Positions 52,556 through 60,614 of a stretch of DNA of 64,000 nucleotides are shown piece after piece (within the stretch, counting starts at the first letter, position 1; every line of letters starts with the position of its first letter). Below the pieces are notes generated by a model. It saw only the letters and a list, made by a program, of their open reading frames with translations. It did not search any database and was not told the origin of the DNA. Source of the DNA: Trueperaceae bacterium (GTDB lineage: Bacteria; Deinococcota; Deinococci; Deinococcales; Trueperaceae). The DNA lies in NCBI GenBank assembly GCA_965215565.1, contig CBDCDZ010000004.1, positions 3,392,001-3,456,000 on the forward strand, read 5' to 3'. The position numbers and the translations under genes were made by a program.

Positions 52556-53851
52556 CTACTCCGCTTCCAGCAGATTCATTACATAGTCTCGCGAAATTTT
52601 GTCTAACAGTCCCATTGCTCTTACGCGCTCTATTAGTTCGTCTTCTGTACCGCTGATAAGTGCTTCAATAAAGTAGTCAAACCCCGGCATCATCTTACGT
52701 CTTCCATTAAGAATGCTGGCTACTCGGTGAAATTTTGGATTGCCTCCGCGCTCTAAGATAGGGCAAGCCGCAATCAAAAATACTACTTCATGCCAAAGGT
52801 TCCTGATGTCAAAGAAAAAGTCGCTCAGAGTAAGCAAACTGTAAAGAACACTTTCTCGGTCCTGATACTTTACTGCAAGCTCAAGTGAAGAGAAGAAGAA
52901 TTTAAGAGCATGTTTGTAGTTTCGTTTCCGCCAATAAACATGACCAATATTCCTAGTTACTATAGTAACACCTATATAGTCGTCTATCTTCTCAAAGATG
53001 GCTGAAGCTTCAGAGTAACAGCGCAGTGCTTCTTCGGTATTTCCCAAAGCTAGGTAAGCATTTCCAAGATAATCAAGCTGCGCCGCCGCCTCTTCTGCTT
53101 TGCCAATTCTTCGAGCTACTGCCAAGGCTGCACAATGACGCCTTCGTGCCTTATTAGGTTCATTCATTTTAAGGGCTACTCCTCCCATCTCTCTAAGAGC
53201 CCGTAGCTTCAATGAAATTTCACCTGTTTTGCGAGCAATACCAAAACTTTTCGTGAAGTGTTCTAGCGCTTTTTCATGATTGCCCAGTTCCCGTTCTATC
53301 TCTCCAATGTCATGGAGCAACGCGCTTTGCGTATCTCGATTCCCCAATTCCTCAGCGATAACTAGAGCTTCTTCGCGAAGCTGCTTTGAAGCCCTATCCC
53401 CAAAAATATTAGCGACAATGCCAGCAAAACTACCGAGTGCTTGTAGCTCATCTTCGCGATAACCGAAGGCTCTAGCAATGAATAGAGATATAGCAGCAAG
53501 CTCATACGCTTTATACCGTTTGTCCATTTCATATCTACCTAGCTGATATAAAGCAATAGCTTGATTGCCTATAGCTTTGCCTTCTCCACGTTTGTCGCCA
53601 AATTTTCGAGCAATTTCAGCCGATCGTTCATGACACTCAAGAGCTTTCGCGTATTCCTTAGTATGTAAATAGCTATTTCCAAGATTAAGTAGAATGACAC
53701 GTTCCAAATCGCAATAGTCATGCTTATTGACTAACCTTAAAGCTTCCTCGTGATATTCTACAGCTCTTTCAGAAAAATTGAGTTTTTGACCAATATTTCC
53801 TATCTTATCTAGAGTTACAACTTCGATACGATGCTCTGGTTCTCGTATCAA
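52556..53851 (-). CDS. TPR-repeat protein, in frame with the upstream NB-ARC ORF (probable C-terminal sensor of one split gene)
   Basis: Multiple TPRs (LGNSY, IGEIE--LG, LGNAY--LG); only a weak TTG start 9 nt after the upstream TAG. Confidence 0.8.
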   Translation of the reverse strand: MIREPEHRIEVVTLDKIGNIGQKLNFSERAVEYHEEALRLVNKHDYCDLERVILLNLGNSYLHTKEYAKALECHERSAEIARKFGDKRGEGKAIGNQAIALYQLGRYEMDKRYKAYELAAISLFIARAFGYREDELQALGSFAGIVANIFGDRASKQLREEALVIAEELGNRDTQSALLHDIGEIERELGNHEKALEHFTKSFGIARKTGEISLKLRALREMGGVALKMNEPNKARRRHCAALAVARRIGKAEEAAAQLDYLGNAYLALGNTEEALRCYSEASAIFEKIDDYIGVTIVTRNIGHVYWRKRNYKHALKFFFSSLELAVKYQDRESVLYSLLTLSDFFFDIRNLWHEVVFLIAACPILERGGNPKFHRVASILNGRRKMMPGFDYFIEALISGTEDELIERVRAMGLLDKISRDYVMNLLEAE

Positions 53852-53860
53852 ATCGAAAAC

Positions 53861-55579
53861 CTAAAAAGCTAAGTCGAGCGCCGACCAATATTGAGACGTT
53901 CTCATCAGATAAATGTGGACTGCATCTAAAACTGCAATAAAGTCTTTTTGTTTGGGCTGTAGTCCTGGAAGCAAATATACAGCCTGTTCCCAGTAGACCT
54001 TATAAAGTTGTAGGTCAATTCTTCGCGTTTCAGGTTCATGCCCTTCGAGAAGTTCGTGAACGAGTTGCCATGTTTTAGCCTTTAACCCCTCCTCACTACC
54101 CTCTTCTTCAAACTTCTCTTTGGCGTATTCCCAAAGCAGTGCGTGTAAAGAGTACTTCTCCTTAGAGGTGTCGAGGAGTGAGCGCCGCCCCAACTCAGTT
54201 AGCGCACGCTTAACAGGAAACTCTTCTAAACCGCCCATGTAAACGATAGATGCTAAGTTAGAGCCCGAAGGCATCAAAGTACCCATGACCTGAAAAATAC
54301 GTTTCTGCTCCGGTTTTAGATGCTCATAAGAAAGCTCGAAGGACAGGCGCACGCTGCTTTCTGAACTTAATGAACTATCCTCATAGCGTTCGAGATACTC
54401 GAGGCGCTTTTGCCGCAGTTCAACCAGGGCTTTTTCAGGGCTTCCGTCAAAATAGCTGTTGATCTGCACGGCCAATAAGTTAATAGCGAGAGGTAGATAG
54501 CCGAGTAGCGAACAAATCTCATCCACTGCTTCAGTCTCGGAATCTTCAGGGAGTCTCGAGTCGTTGTAGAACTGCTTCCTGGCTGCATCTGGCGAAAGTT
54601 TACCTACTTGGATACTATGCACTAATTCGTGACTCACCGCTGCCCTGCTTGTAAGGAGTAACTGTGCAGGACGGACAGCTTCAATAAAGCCGCGAATGAG
54701 TTCGGGGGCTTCGAGATTGTCAATAACGAGCAGCCGCTCATCTGAGCGAAAAAGCTCTTTGGCTAGCTCGAGAACATCGCCCTCAACGCGACCTTCTATA
54801 AACTTGCTCGCCGCTTTTTCGGCAAGCAACTGGATTTGCTGCCCGACGGATTCGCCTCCATGTATTCCCGATAGGTCTCTCGCGTTTACTATAGTTGCGC
54901 CAAGTATCATTTCTTCAGAAGCTGTAACGTGTTGAGCAAGCGTGCTTTTACCTACACCGGGAAGACCGAAGAGTTGGACACGTTGCCGCTCCTGCAGGGC
55001 TTTTCTAATCTTAGCTTCAAGTTCGTCACGCCCCACGACTTCAGCTATAGGAGCATCAACTTTCGGTACGCGAATTTTGCGCCCTAAATCTCTTCCAGTA
55101 AAGAATCGCGTCGCGATAGCTTTCAGCGTATCGTCTGCAGAGGGATTGTCTAACTCTAAAAGTATCTCCCTACCATAGTGCCAGTGAATTGAGATTCCGG
55201 CACTGTTAGCTATGCCTTCAATCTTGTCTCGGGCTGAGGTTTGTTGTACAGCATCCTTATTGATGTAGAAGTCGATGCGTGCAAGCTCGGTATAAGCATC
55301 CTGCTCCTTCTTCTTGACTGCTTTTTCTACTGAATCCTTGCACTGTGACCAATCAATGCCATTATCAAAATGCTTTGCTTGGTAAGAAGCGAAAACCTTT
55401 TCACCCTCTACTTCGACTTCAATAGGTTCAATCTCGACGCCCGGTTGATTTTTGTGCTCCTTGATCTTCCATGCTGAAATGTTGTGGCGATGCAAGAATA
55501 GATAATGAGATAGATTTTGAAACTCAGCCGTTTCCTTACCTGCGTTGATGTAGTCAAAGCCTCTCCATGTGATGGACAC
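53861..55579 (-). CDS. PD-(D/E)xK/Mrr-like nuclease fused to an NB-ARC STAND ATPase (Avs/NLR-like defence protein, N-terminal part)
   Basis: N-terminal NQPGVE...YQAKHF; Walker A GLPGVGKST, Walker B LLVIDN, LLTSR, GYLPLA, SFELSY and YSLHAL motifs; low GC. Confidence 0.82.
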   Translation of the reverse strand: MSITWRGFDYINAGKETAEFQNLSHYLFLHRHNISAWKIKEHKNQPGVEIEPIEVEVEGEKVFASYQAKHFDNGIDWSQCKDSVEKAVKKKEQDAYTELARIDFYINKDAVQQTSARDKIEGIANSAGISIHWHYGREILLELDNPSADDTLKAIATRFFTGRDLGRKIRVPKVDAPIAEVVGRDELEAKIRKALQERQRVQLFGLPGVGKSTLAQHVTASEEMILGATIVNARDLSGIHGGESVGQQIQLLAEKAASKFIEGRVEGDVLELAKELFRSDERLLVIDNLEAPELIRGFIEAVRPAQLLLTSRAAVSHELVHSIQVGKLSPDAARKQFYNDSRLPEDSETEAVDEICSLLGYLPLAINLLAVQINSYFDGSPEKALVELRQKRLEYLERYEDSSLSSESSVRLSFELSYEHLKPEQKRIFQVMGTLMPSGSNLASIVYMGGLEEFPVKRALTELGRRSLLDTSKEKYSLHALLWEYAKEKFEEEGSEEGLKAKTWQLVHELLEGHEPETRRIDLQLYKVYWEQAVYLLPGLQPKQKDFIAVLDAVHIYLMRTSQYWSALDLAF

Positions 55580-55659
55580 AGCTCATTCTACCGACAGTTA
55601 CAGAATTTTGAGAAATTTGAAATAAAGAGCTTTGGTGGGCTCACTCGAGAACTAAAACA

Positions 55660-56001
55660 CTACATCTCGAGCTGAAACCGTACAGCATCTAAAATAGCTC
55701 GTTTTAGCTTAGCGTCGGTTAGCTCGCCGAACTCTCTACCCAACCTCGTTTTATCAAGCGTGCGAAGCTGGTAACAGAGTGCCACAGAGTCAACTTTGAG
55801 ACCGGCAGTTTCAGCCCTCAGCAGCACTTCATTCGGGTACATCCGCCTACCTTTGTAAGAGGTTAAGGGAATGATGTTGACGACACGCAGAACCTGGTTG
55901 CTCTGCTCGCGGCTAACGACTAACACGGGGCGAACACCGGCTTGCTCAGAACCTTGAGTGGGGTCAAGTGAGGCGAGGAAGACGTGCCACTGGTAAATCA
56001 C
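55660..56001 (-). CDS. PemK/MazF family toxin
   Basis: LDPTQGSEQAGVRPVLVVS; PLTS; QLRTLDK-RL. Confidence 0.93.
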   Translation of the reverse strand: MIYQWHVFLASLDPTQGSEQAGVRPVLVVSREQSNQVLRVVNIIPLTSYKGRRMYPNEVLLRAETAGLKVDSVALCYQLRTLDKTRLGREFGELTDAKLKRAILDAVRFQLEM

Positions 56002-56234
56002 TCAGTTGGCTCCCACCATTCCGCGTCAACGTGCTCAAAATCCTTCATCGTCTGGTTTAAGTCAGCTAGGAAAGCCTCATCGTTCGCCGCTTCTTGCAAG
56101 AGGGCTAGCTTATCCTCTTCGCTCTGCTCGGGCTCGAGAATACTCCGAACACGGGCGTAATCTTCTAAAGACAGGATAACTGCGACGGGCTTGCCTGCTT
56201 CGTCCGTGATGAACTGTCGCTTTTGTGTCGTCAT
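55998..56234 (-). CDS. Cognate antitoxin of the PemK/MazF toxin
   Basis: QFITDEAGKPVAVIL N-terminus, acidic C-terminus, 4-nt overlap with the toxin. Confidence 0.8.
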   Translation of the reverse strand: MTTQKRQFITDEAGKPVAVILSLEDYARVRSILEPEQSEEDKLALLQEAANDEAFLADLNQTMKDFEHVDAEWWEPTE

Positions 56235-56316
56235 AAGGTTAGTCTAGCAGGTCTAGTAGGGCATGATATTCGAGAGGTCTCGAGCCTCCTCCACAAAGCA
56301 AATGCTAAACTATTTC

Positions 56317-56669
56317 ATGCGTACGCTCAAGGCTGTCATAGATGAACATGGTCATATCGAACTGCTCGAGCCTATTATAGCGATTATCAGAAATACTGAT
56401 CCAAAATGGCGCAGGCATCATCACTGAAAGTGCGTGCTAGACTATGTTTTACCTTCTTAGATTGGCTCAAACCAGATGATGCCTGCTATACTTTAGACGC
56501 AAAAAAGCAGGTTCTGGTGACGATACTCGAGGAAGATGCCCACCCTCAAGCGTCGCCACCCACTAGGAGTAACAGATTTCTTTCAGGATTCTTGATCGTC
56601 TTAGCAATCGGATTTTCGCTCCTGATGGTCAATATAGCGCTTGTGTTCCGAGCCTTTACACCAGGCTAA
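56317..56669 (+). pseudogene. Small antitoxin-like/membrane protein gene interrupted by a MITE
   Basis: Removing 56378-56490 restores MRTLKAVIDEHGHIELLEPITLDAKKQVLVTILEED...TM helix. Confidence 0.75.
56378..56488 (-). mobile_element. MITE-like repeat copy (111 bp) with TA target duplication
   Basis: CCTAT-TA|TAGCGATT...CCAGATGATGCCTGCTA|TA-CTTTAG. Confidence 0.85.
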
Positions 56670-56676
56670 AGACGAC

Positions 56677-58611
56677 TCAGCGCACCTCTGCCCCGCTCGA
56701 GACTTCTCTATCCAACGCCAAAACGCTCAAAGTGTCTGCGTCTTCCGCTGCCAAGATCATCCCCTGCGACAGAACACCGCGCAGTTTGACAGGTTTGAGG
56801 TTGGCGACGATCACGACTTTTTTCCCCACCAACTCGTCCGGCTTATAAAACTGCTTGATGCCCGAGACGATGGTGCGCTCCTCGGGTCCGAGCTTGACGG
56901 ACAAGACCAAGAGCTTATCCGCTTTCGGGTGCGGCTCCACCTTCGTGACTTCGGCGACGCGAAACTCGAGCTTGCCGAAGTCCTCGATCGTCACCTCGGG
57001 TTTGTGCTCCAAGGTCTCCTCTTTGTCCTCTAACGATTCTTGCAGCGCCGCCATGTCGATGCGCGGAAAGAGCGGTTGTCCAGGCTTGGTCTGCGTACCC
57101 TCTGGCGTGAGGTTCCACCTCCCAGCGTCTTGCAGCGTCACCTCACCCGTGAGCCCGAGCTGTTCGCGGAGTTCTTTCGACTTCTGGGGGATGATGGGCT
57201 CGAGTAAGATGGACGCGCACCGCAAGGATTCCGCGCAGTTGTACAAAACCGTATCCAAACGCGCCGCGTGCGCTTCGTTTCGCGCCAAAACCCAGGGCTG
57301 CGTGTCGGCGATATATTTGTTTGCCTTGCGTACCGCCTCCAAGACTTTTTCAATGGCCCGCTCGAACTGGAGCGCGTCGAAGAGGTCACTCACCGTTTGG
57401 GGCAAGTCGGCAAAGGCGTCGCGAAGTTCAACGTCGATCGGTTCCAGGTCACTCGGCTTGCCAATTACGCCGTCTCGGTACTTCCCGAGCATCCCCAGCG
57501 TGCGGTTCAAGAGGTTGCCGAGGTCGTTGGCTAAGTCCGAGTTGATGCGCTCTGCGAGTCCCACCTCACTGAAGGTCGCATCTAACCCGAAGCTCATGTC
57601 GCGCAAGAGGTAGTACCTAAAAGCGTCGTTGCCGTACGTGTCCTTGAGGTCCAAGGGACGCACCACGTTCCCCTTAGACTTGCTCATCTTGCCGCCGTCC
57701 ACGAGCCAGTAGCCGTGCACGTTGAGGTGTTGGTACACGGGTAACTCCGCCGCTTTGAGCATGGTGGGCCAGAAGACGCCGTGCGGTTTCAGGATGTCTT
57801 TGGCGATGAAGTGTTGGGCGTGCGGCCAGTACCGCTCTGTCAGGTCTTGGCTCTCCAAGGCCGAAAAGTAGTTGATGAGCGCGTCGAACCAGACGTACGT
57901 GACGTGGTTCTCGTCCCAGGGTAAGGGGATGCCCCACGGCACGCGGGCGCGGGGGCGGCTGATCGAGAGGTCGCCGATGGGCTCGCGTAAAATCCCTAAG
58001 ACCTCATTGCGGTAGCGCTCCGGGCGGATGAAGTCGGGGTTGTCTTCGATGGTTTCGCGGAGCCAGGGGCGATACTTCTCCATGCGGAAGAAGTAGTTCT
58101 CTTCGCTGCGGTACTCGAGCTTGATATCGTGCTGCGGGCACCTGCCGTTTGTAAGTTCTTTCTCCGTGTAGTAGCGCTCGCAGCCCGTGCAGTAAAGTCC
58201 GCCGTATTCGCCGAAGATGATGTCGCCCTTGTCGTACACGCGCTGCAAAATTTCACGGACGACTTTTTGGTGGCGCTCCTCGGTGGTGCGGATGAATTCG
58301 TCGTAGTGGATGTCCAAGCTATCCCAAACCGCGCGGAATTGACCTGCGATCTGGTCCGTGTACGCCTGCGGCGAGAGGTTGGCGGTCTCAGCGGCTTTCT
58401 GAATCTTCTCGCCGTGCTCGTCGGTGCCCGTCAGGAAGTAGGTGTCGTCCCCTTTGAGGCGATGAAAGCGCGTCACCACGTCCACGAGTGTGGTGGTGTA
58501 GGCGTGCCCGATGTGGGGTTCCGCGTTGACGTAGAAGATGGGGGTGGTAGCGTAGTAGGTGGTTTTCGTAGGCGTATCAGTGGCGCCTTTCTTCTCTTCT
58601 GCGGTGTCCAT
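56677..58611 (-). CDS. metG: Methionine--tRNA ligase with C-terminal tRNA-binding domain
   Basis: HIGH, GTDEHG, YVWFDAL and KMSKS motifs; GGAGG RBS before ATG 58611. Confidence 0.97.
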   Translation of the reverse strand: MDTAEEKKGATDTPTKTTYYATTPIFYVNAEPHIGHAYTTTLVDVVTRFHRLKGDDTYFLTGTDEHGEKIQKAAETANLSPQAYTDQIAGQFRAVWDSLDIHYDEFIRTTEERHQKVVREILQRVYDKGDIIFGEYGGLYCTGCERYYTEKELTNGRCPQHDIKLEYRSEENYFFRMEKYRPWLRETIEDNPDFIRPERYRNEVLGILREPIGDLSISRPRARVPWGIPLPWDENHVTYVWFDALINYFSALESQDLTERYWPHAQHFIAKDILKPHGVFWPTMLKAAELPVYQHLNVHGYWLVDGGKMSKSKGNVVRPLDLKDTYGNDAFRYYLLRDMSFGLDATFSEVGLAERINSDLANDLGNLLNRTLGMLGKYRDGVIGKPSDLEPIDVELRDAFADLPQTVSDLFDALQFERAIEKVLEAVRKANKYIADTQPWVLARNEAHAARLDTVLYNCAESLRCASILLEPIIPQKSKELREQLGLTGEVTLQDAGRWNLTPEGTQTKPGQPLFPRIDMAALQESLEDKEETLEHKPEVTIEDFGKLEFRVAEVTKVEPHPKADKLLVLSVKLGPEERTIVSGIKQFYKPDELVGKKVVIVANLKPVKLRGVLSQGMILAAEDADTLSVLALDREVSSGAEVR

Positions 58612-58648
58612 GTTGACCTCCATATGTGGAACATAAAATTTAGAACAT

Positions 58649-58677
58649 AAAAAAAGGACGCTCTTCGCAAAGCGCCC
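58649..58677 (-). terminator. Intrinsic terminator (attenuator) in the metG leader
   Basis: - strand GGGCGCT-TTGCGAAG-AGCGTCC-TTTTTTT, upstream of the metG start. Confidence 0.8.
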
Positions 58678-58697
58678 TGTGACGGTTAAGTGTGGAC

Positions 58698-58739
58698 TTA
58701 TCCGTGACCAGGGTGAAGTTGCATCATTCGCCAGTTCAT
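58698..58739 (-). CDS. Putative metG leader peptide MNWRMMQLHPGHG
   Basis: ATG 7 nt after an extended -10 (TGCTATACT); tandem Met codons 5-6; the 3' part overlaps the antiterminator arm. Confidence 0.7.
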   Translation of the reverse strand: MNWRMMQLHPGHG

Positions 58740-58985
58740 AGAGGTGAGTATAGCAGAAAAAGAGGTCGGGCGCGTTTTCTCGTAGTCGGCTGAGTTTTAG
58801 TGAGACTGAGGGATGAAGCGGCGGCTTCAAACTTTCCGACTTGGGGTCTAAGTTCTACTTGACGCGCGGTCTTGTCCTCGAGTCGGAGGATGTCTCAGCA
58901 ATATAGTTTTCTCACACGGTTTGTGAAGCGAGCCGTCGTGTAGGGTAGCCTCGAGAAAGGAACTACACAATTAGGGGGGATAGCT

Positions 58986-60590
58986 ATGGACCAACCGCAG
59001 TTTGATTTAGCTACGATTGATATCGTTATCATCGTGCTCTACTTCGTGGGCGTCATCGCGCACGGCGTCTACATGAGCCGCAAGGGAAACGAGGACGCCG
59101 AGGGGTACTTTTTAGCGGGGCGCGGGTTGCCCTGGTACCTCATCGGCTTCTCGCTCTTCGCCTCGAACATGTCGGGCTCGTCGTTCGTCGGGCTAATGGG
59201 CGGGGCGTACGACAACGGGCTCGTCATCTTCAACTACGAGTGGACCGCCGCGTTGGTCCTCATCTTCTTCGCCTTCTTTATGCTGCCCTACTTTTTGCGG
59301 GCGAACCTCTTTACGATTCCCGAATACTTGGAGACCCGCTTCGACAAGCGCTCGCGCTACGCCTACTCCGCCTTTACGGTTTTGGCGATCATGTTTATCG
59401 ATACGGCGGGGGCGCTCTACGCGGGCGGGTTGGTTATCACCACCGTCTTCTCAAACTTCGCGCTGTGGCAGGCAGTGGCAGTTTTAGCCTTCGTCGCGGG
59501 CATCTATACGATTTTGGGCGGGCTTTCCGCCGTCGTCGTGACCGACACGGTACAAGCGATTTTGCTCATCGTGGGTGCGACGGCGATCTTTATCATCGGC
59601 TTAAACCAGGTGGGTGGTTGGGGTGAAATGACGAGCCAGCTCGCGCCCGGTCAGCTCAGCCTTATCAGACCTGTAGGTGACGACTTTCTGCCTTGGCCTG
59701 GTATCTTGGGCGTGATCTTGCTCGGCTTTTACTACTGGACCTTAAATCAGTTTATCGTGCAGCGCACTTTGGGGGCAAGCAACTTAGATGAGGGACGCAA
59801 AGGGGCGCTCTTCGCCGGGCTCTTAAAACTCCCCAACCTCTTCATCATGATATTACCGGGCGTCATGGCGCTCCTCTTATACCCTGAGCTGTCCAACCCT
59901 GACTTGGTTTTCCCGACGCTCGCGTTTGACCTCTTGCCTATCGGTCTGCGCGGGCTCGTGATGTCGGCGCTCATCGCCGCGATTATGTCGAGCTTGGACT
60001 CCGCGCTGAACGCTGCCTCGTCGCTTATCACCTTGGACTTCATCAAAGAACTCCGCCCTGACACCTCGCAGAGTACGCTCGTGCGGCTCGGGCGCATCAT
60101 CACGGGCGTCGTCATGGTCATCGGCGCAATCTACGCACCCGCGATTGCCAGCTTCGAGACGCTCTTTGAGTACTTTCAGTCGGTGCTCTCTTACATCATA
60201 CCGGCCATCGTCGCTGTCTACATCATCGGGCTTTTTTGGAAGCGCATCAACGCGAACGGCGCGTTCTGGACGATCCTTTCGGGTCTCGTCGTCGGCATTC
60301 CCCTCTTTATCATGAAAGAGGTCACGAATGTCTGGACAAATATCGGTCTGCCGAACATCCACTTTACCTACATGGCGGTCCTGATGTTCATCTTCGCTTT
60401 CGTCCTGATGACGGTCATCAGCTACGCCACCGAAGCACCCGACCCCGAAAAGATTCGCGAGTACACCTTTACGCGGGAGAACTACCGGGAGGACATCAAG
60501 GGTCAGGGCGTGCCCTGGTACCGCGACTTTCGCTACCAGTCCGCGGCGCTCTTCGTGCTGATGGCGGCGACGGTGGTGTACTTCTGGTAG
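58986..60590 (+). CDS. Sodium:solute symporter (SSS/SLC5 family, sugar-type)
   Basis: YFLAGR, SLFASN, TIPEYL--RF, GGL-AVV-TD and AAIMSSLDS motifs. Confidence 0.93.
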   Translation: MDQPQFDLATIDIVIIVLYFVGVIAHGVYMSRKGNEDAEGYFLAGRGLPWYLIGFSLFASNMSGSSFVGLMGGAYDNGLVIFNYEWTAALVLIFFAFFMLPYFLRANLFTIPEYLETRFDKRSRYAYSAFTVLAIMFIDTAGALYAGGLVITTVFSNFALWQAVAVLAFVAGIYTILGGLSAVVVTDTVQAILLIVGATAIFIIGLNQVGGWGEMTSQLAPGQLSLIRPVGDDFLPWPGILGVILLGFYYWTLNQFIVQRTLGASNLDEGRKGALFAGLLKLPNLFIMILPGVMALLLYPELSNPDLVFPTLAFDLLPIGLRGLVMSALIAAIMSSLDSALNAASSLITLDFIKELRPDTSQSTLVRLGRIITGVVMVIGAIYAPAIASFETLFEYFQSVLSYIIPAIVAVYIIGLFWKRINANGAFWTILSGLVVGIPLFIMKEVTNVWTNIGLPNIHFTYMAVLMFIFAFVLMTVISYATEAPDPEKIREYTFTRENYREDIKGQGVPWYRDFRYQSAALFVLMAATVVYFW

Positions 60591-60614
60591 CAGGCGACGG
60601 TGGTGTACTTCTGG

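Noticed and set aside
56406..56669. Stand-alone 87-aa ORF
   Set aside because: Its first 28 codons come from the inserted MITE; it is better explained as the tail of the interrupted gene starting at 56317.
58612..58830. N-terminal extension of MetG in the ORF track, or a T-box/SAM riboswitch in this leader
   Set aside because: The RBS and homology start at ATG 58611. The extension runs through the promoter and terminator. No T-box (UGGNACC) or SAM-box motif is visible.
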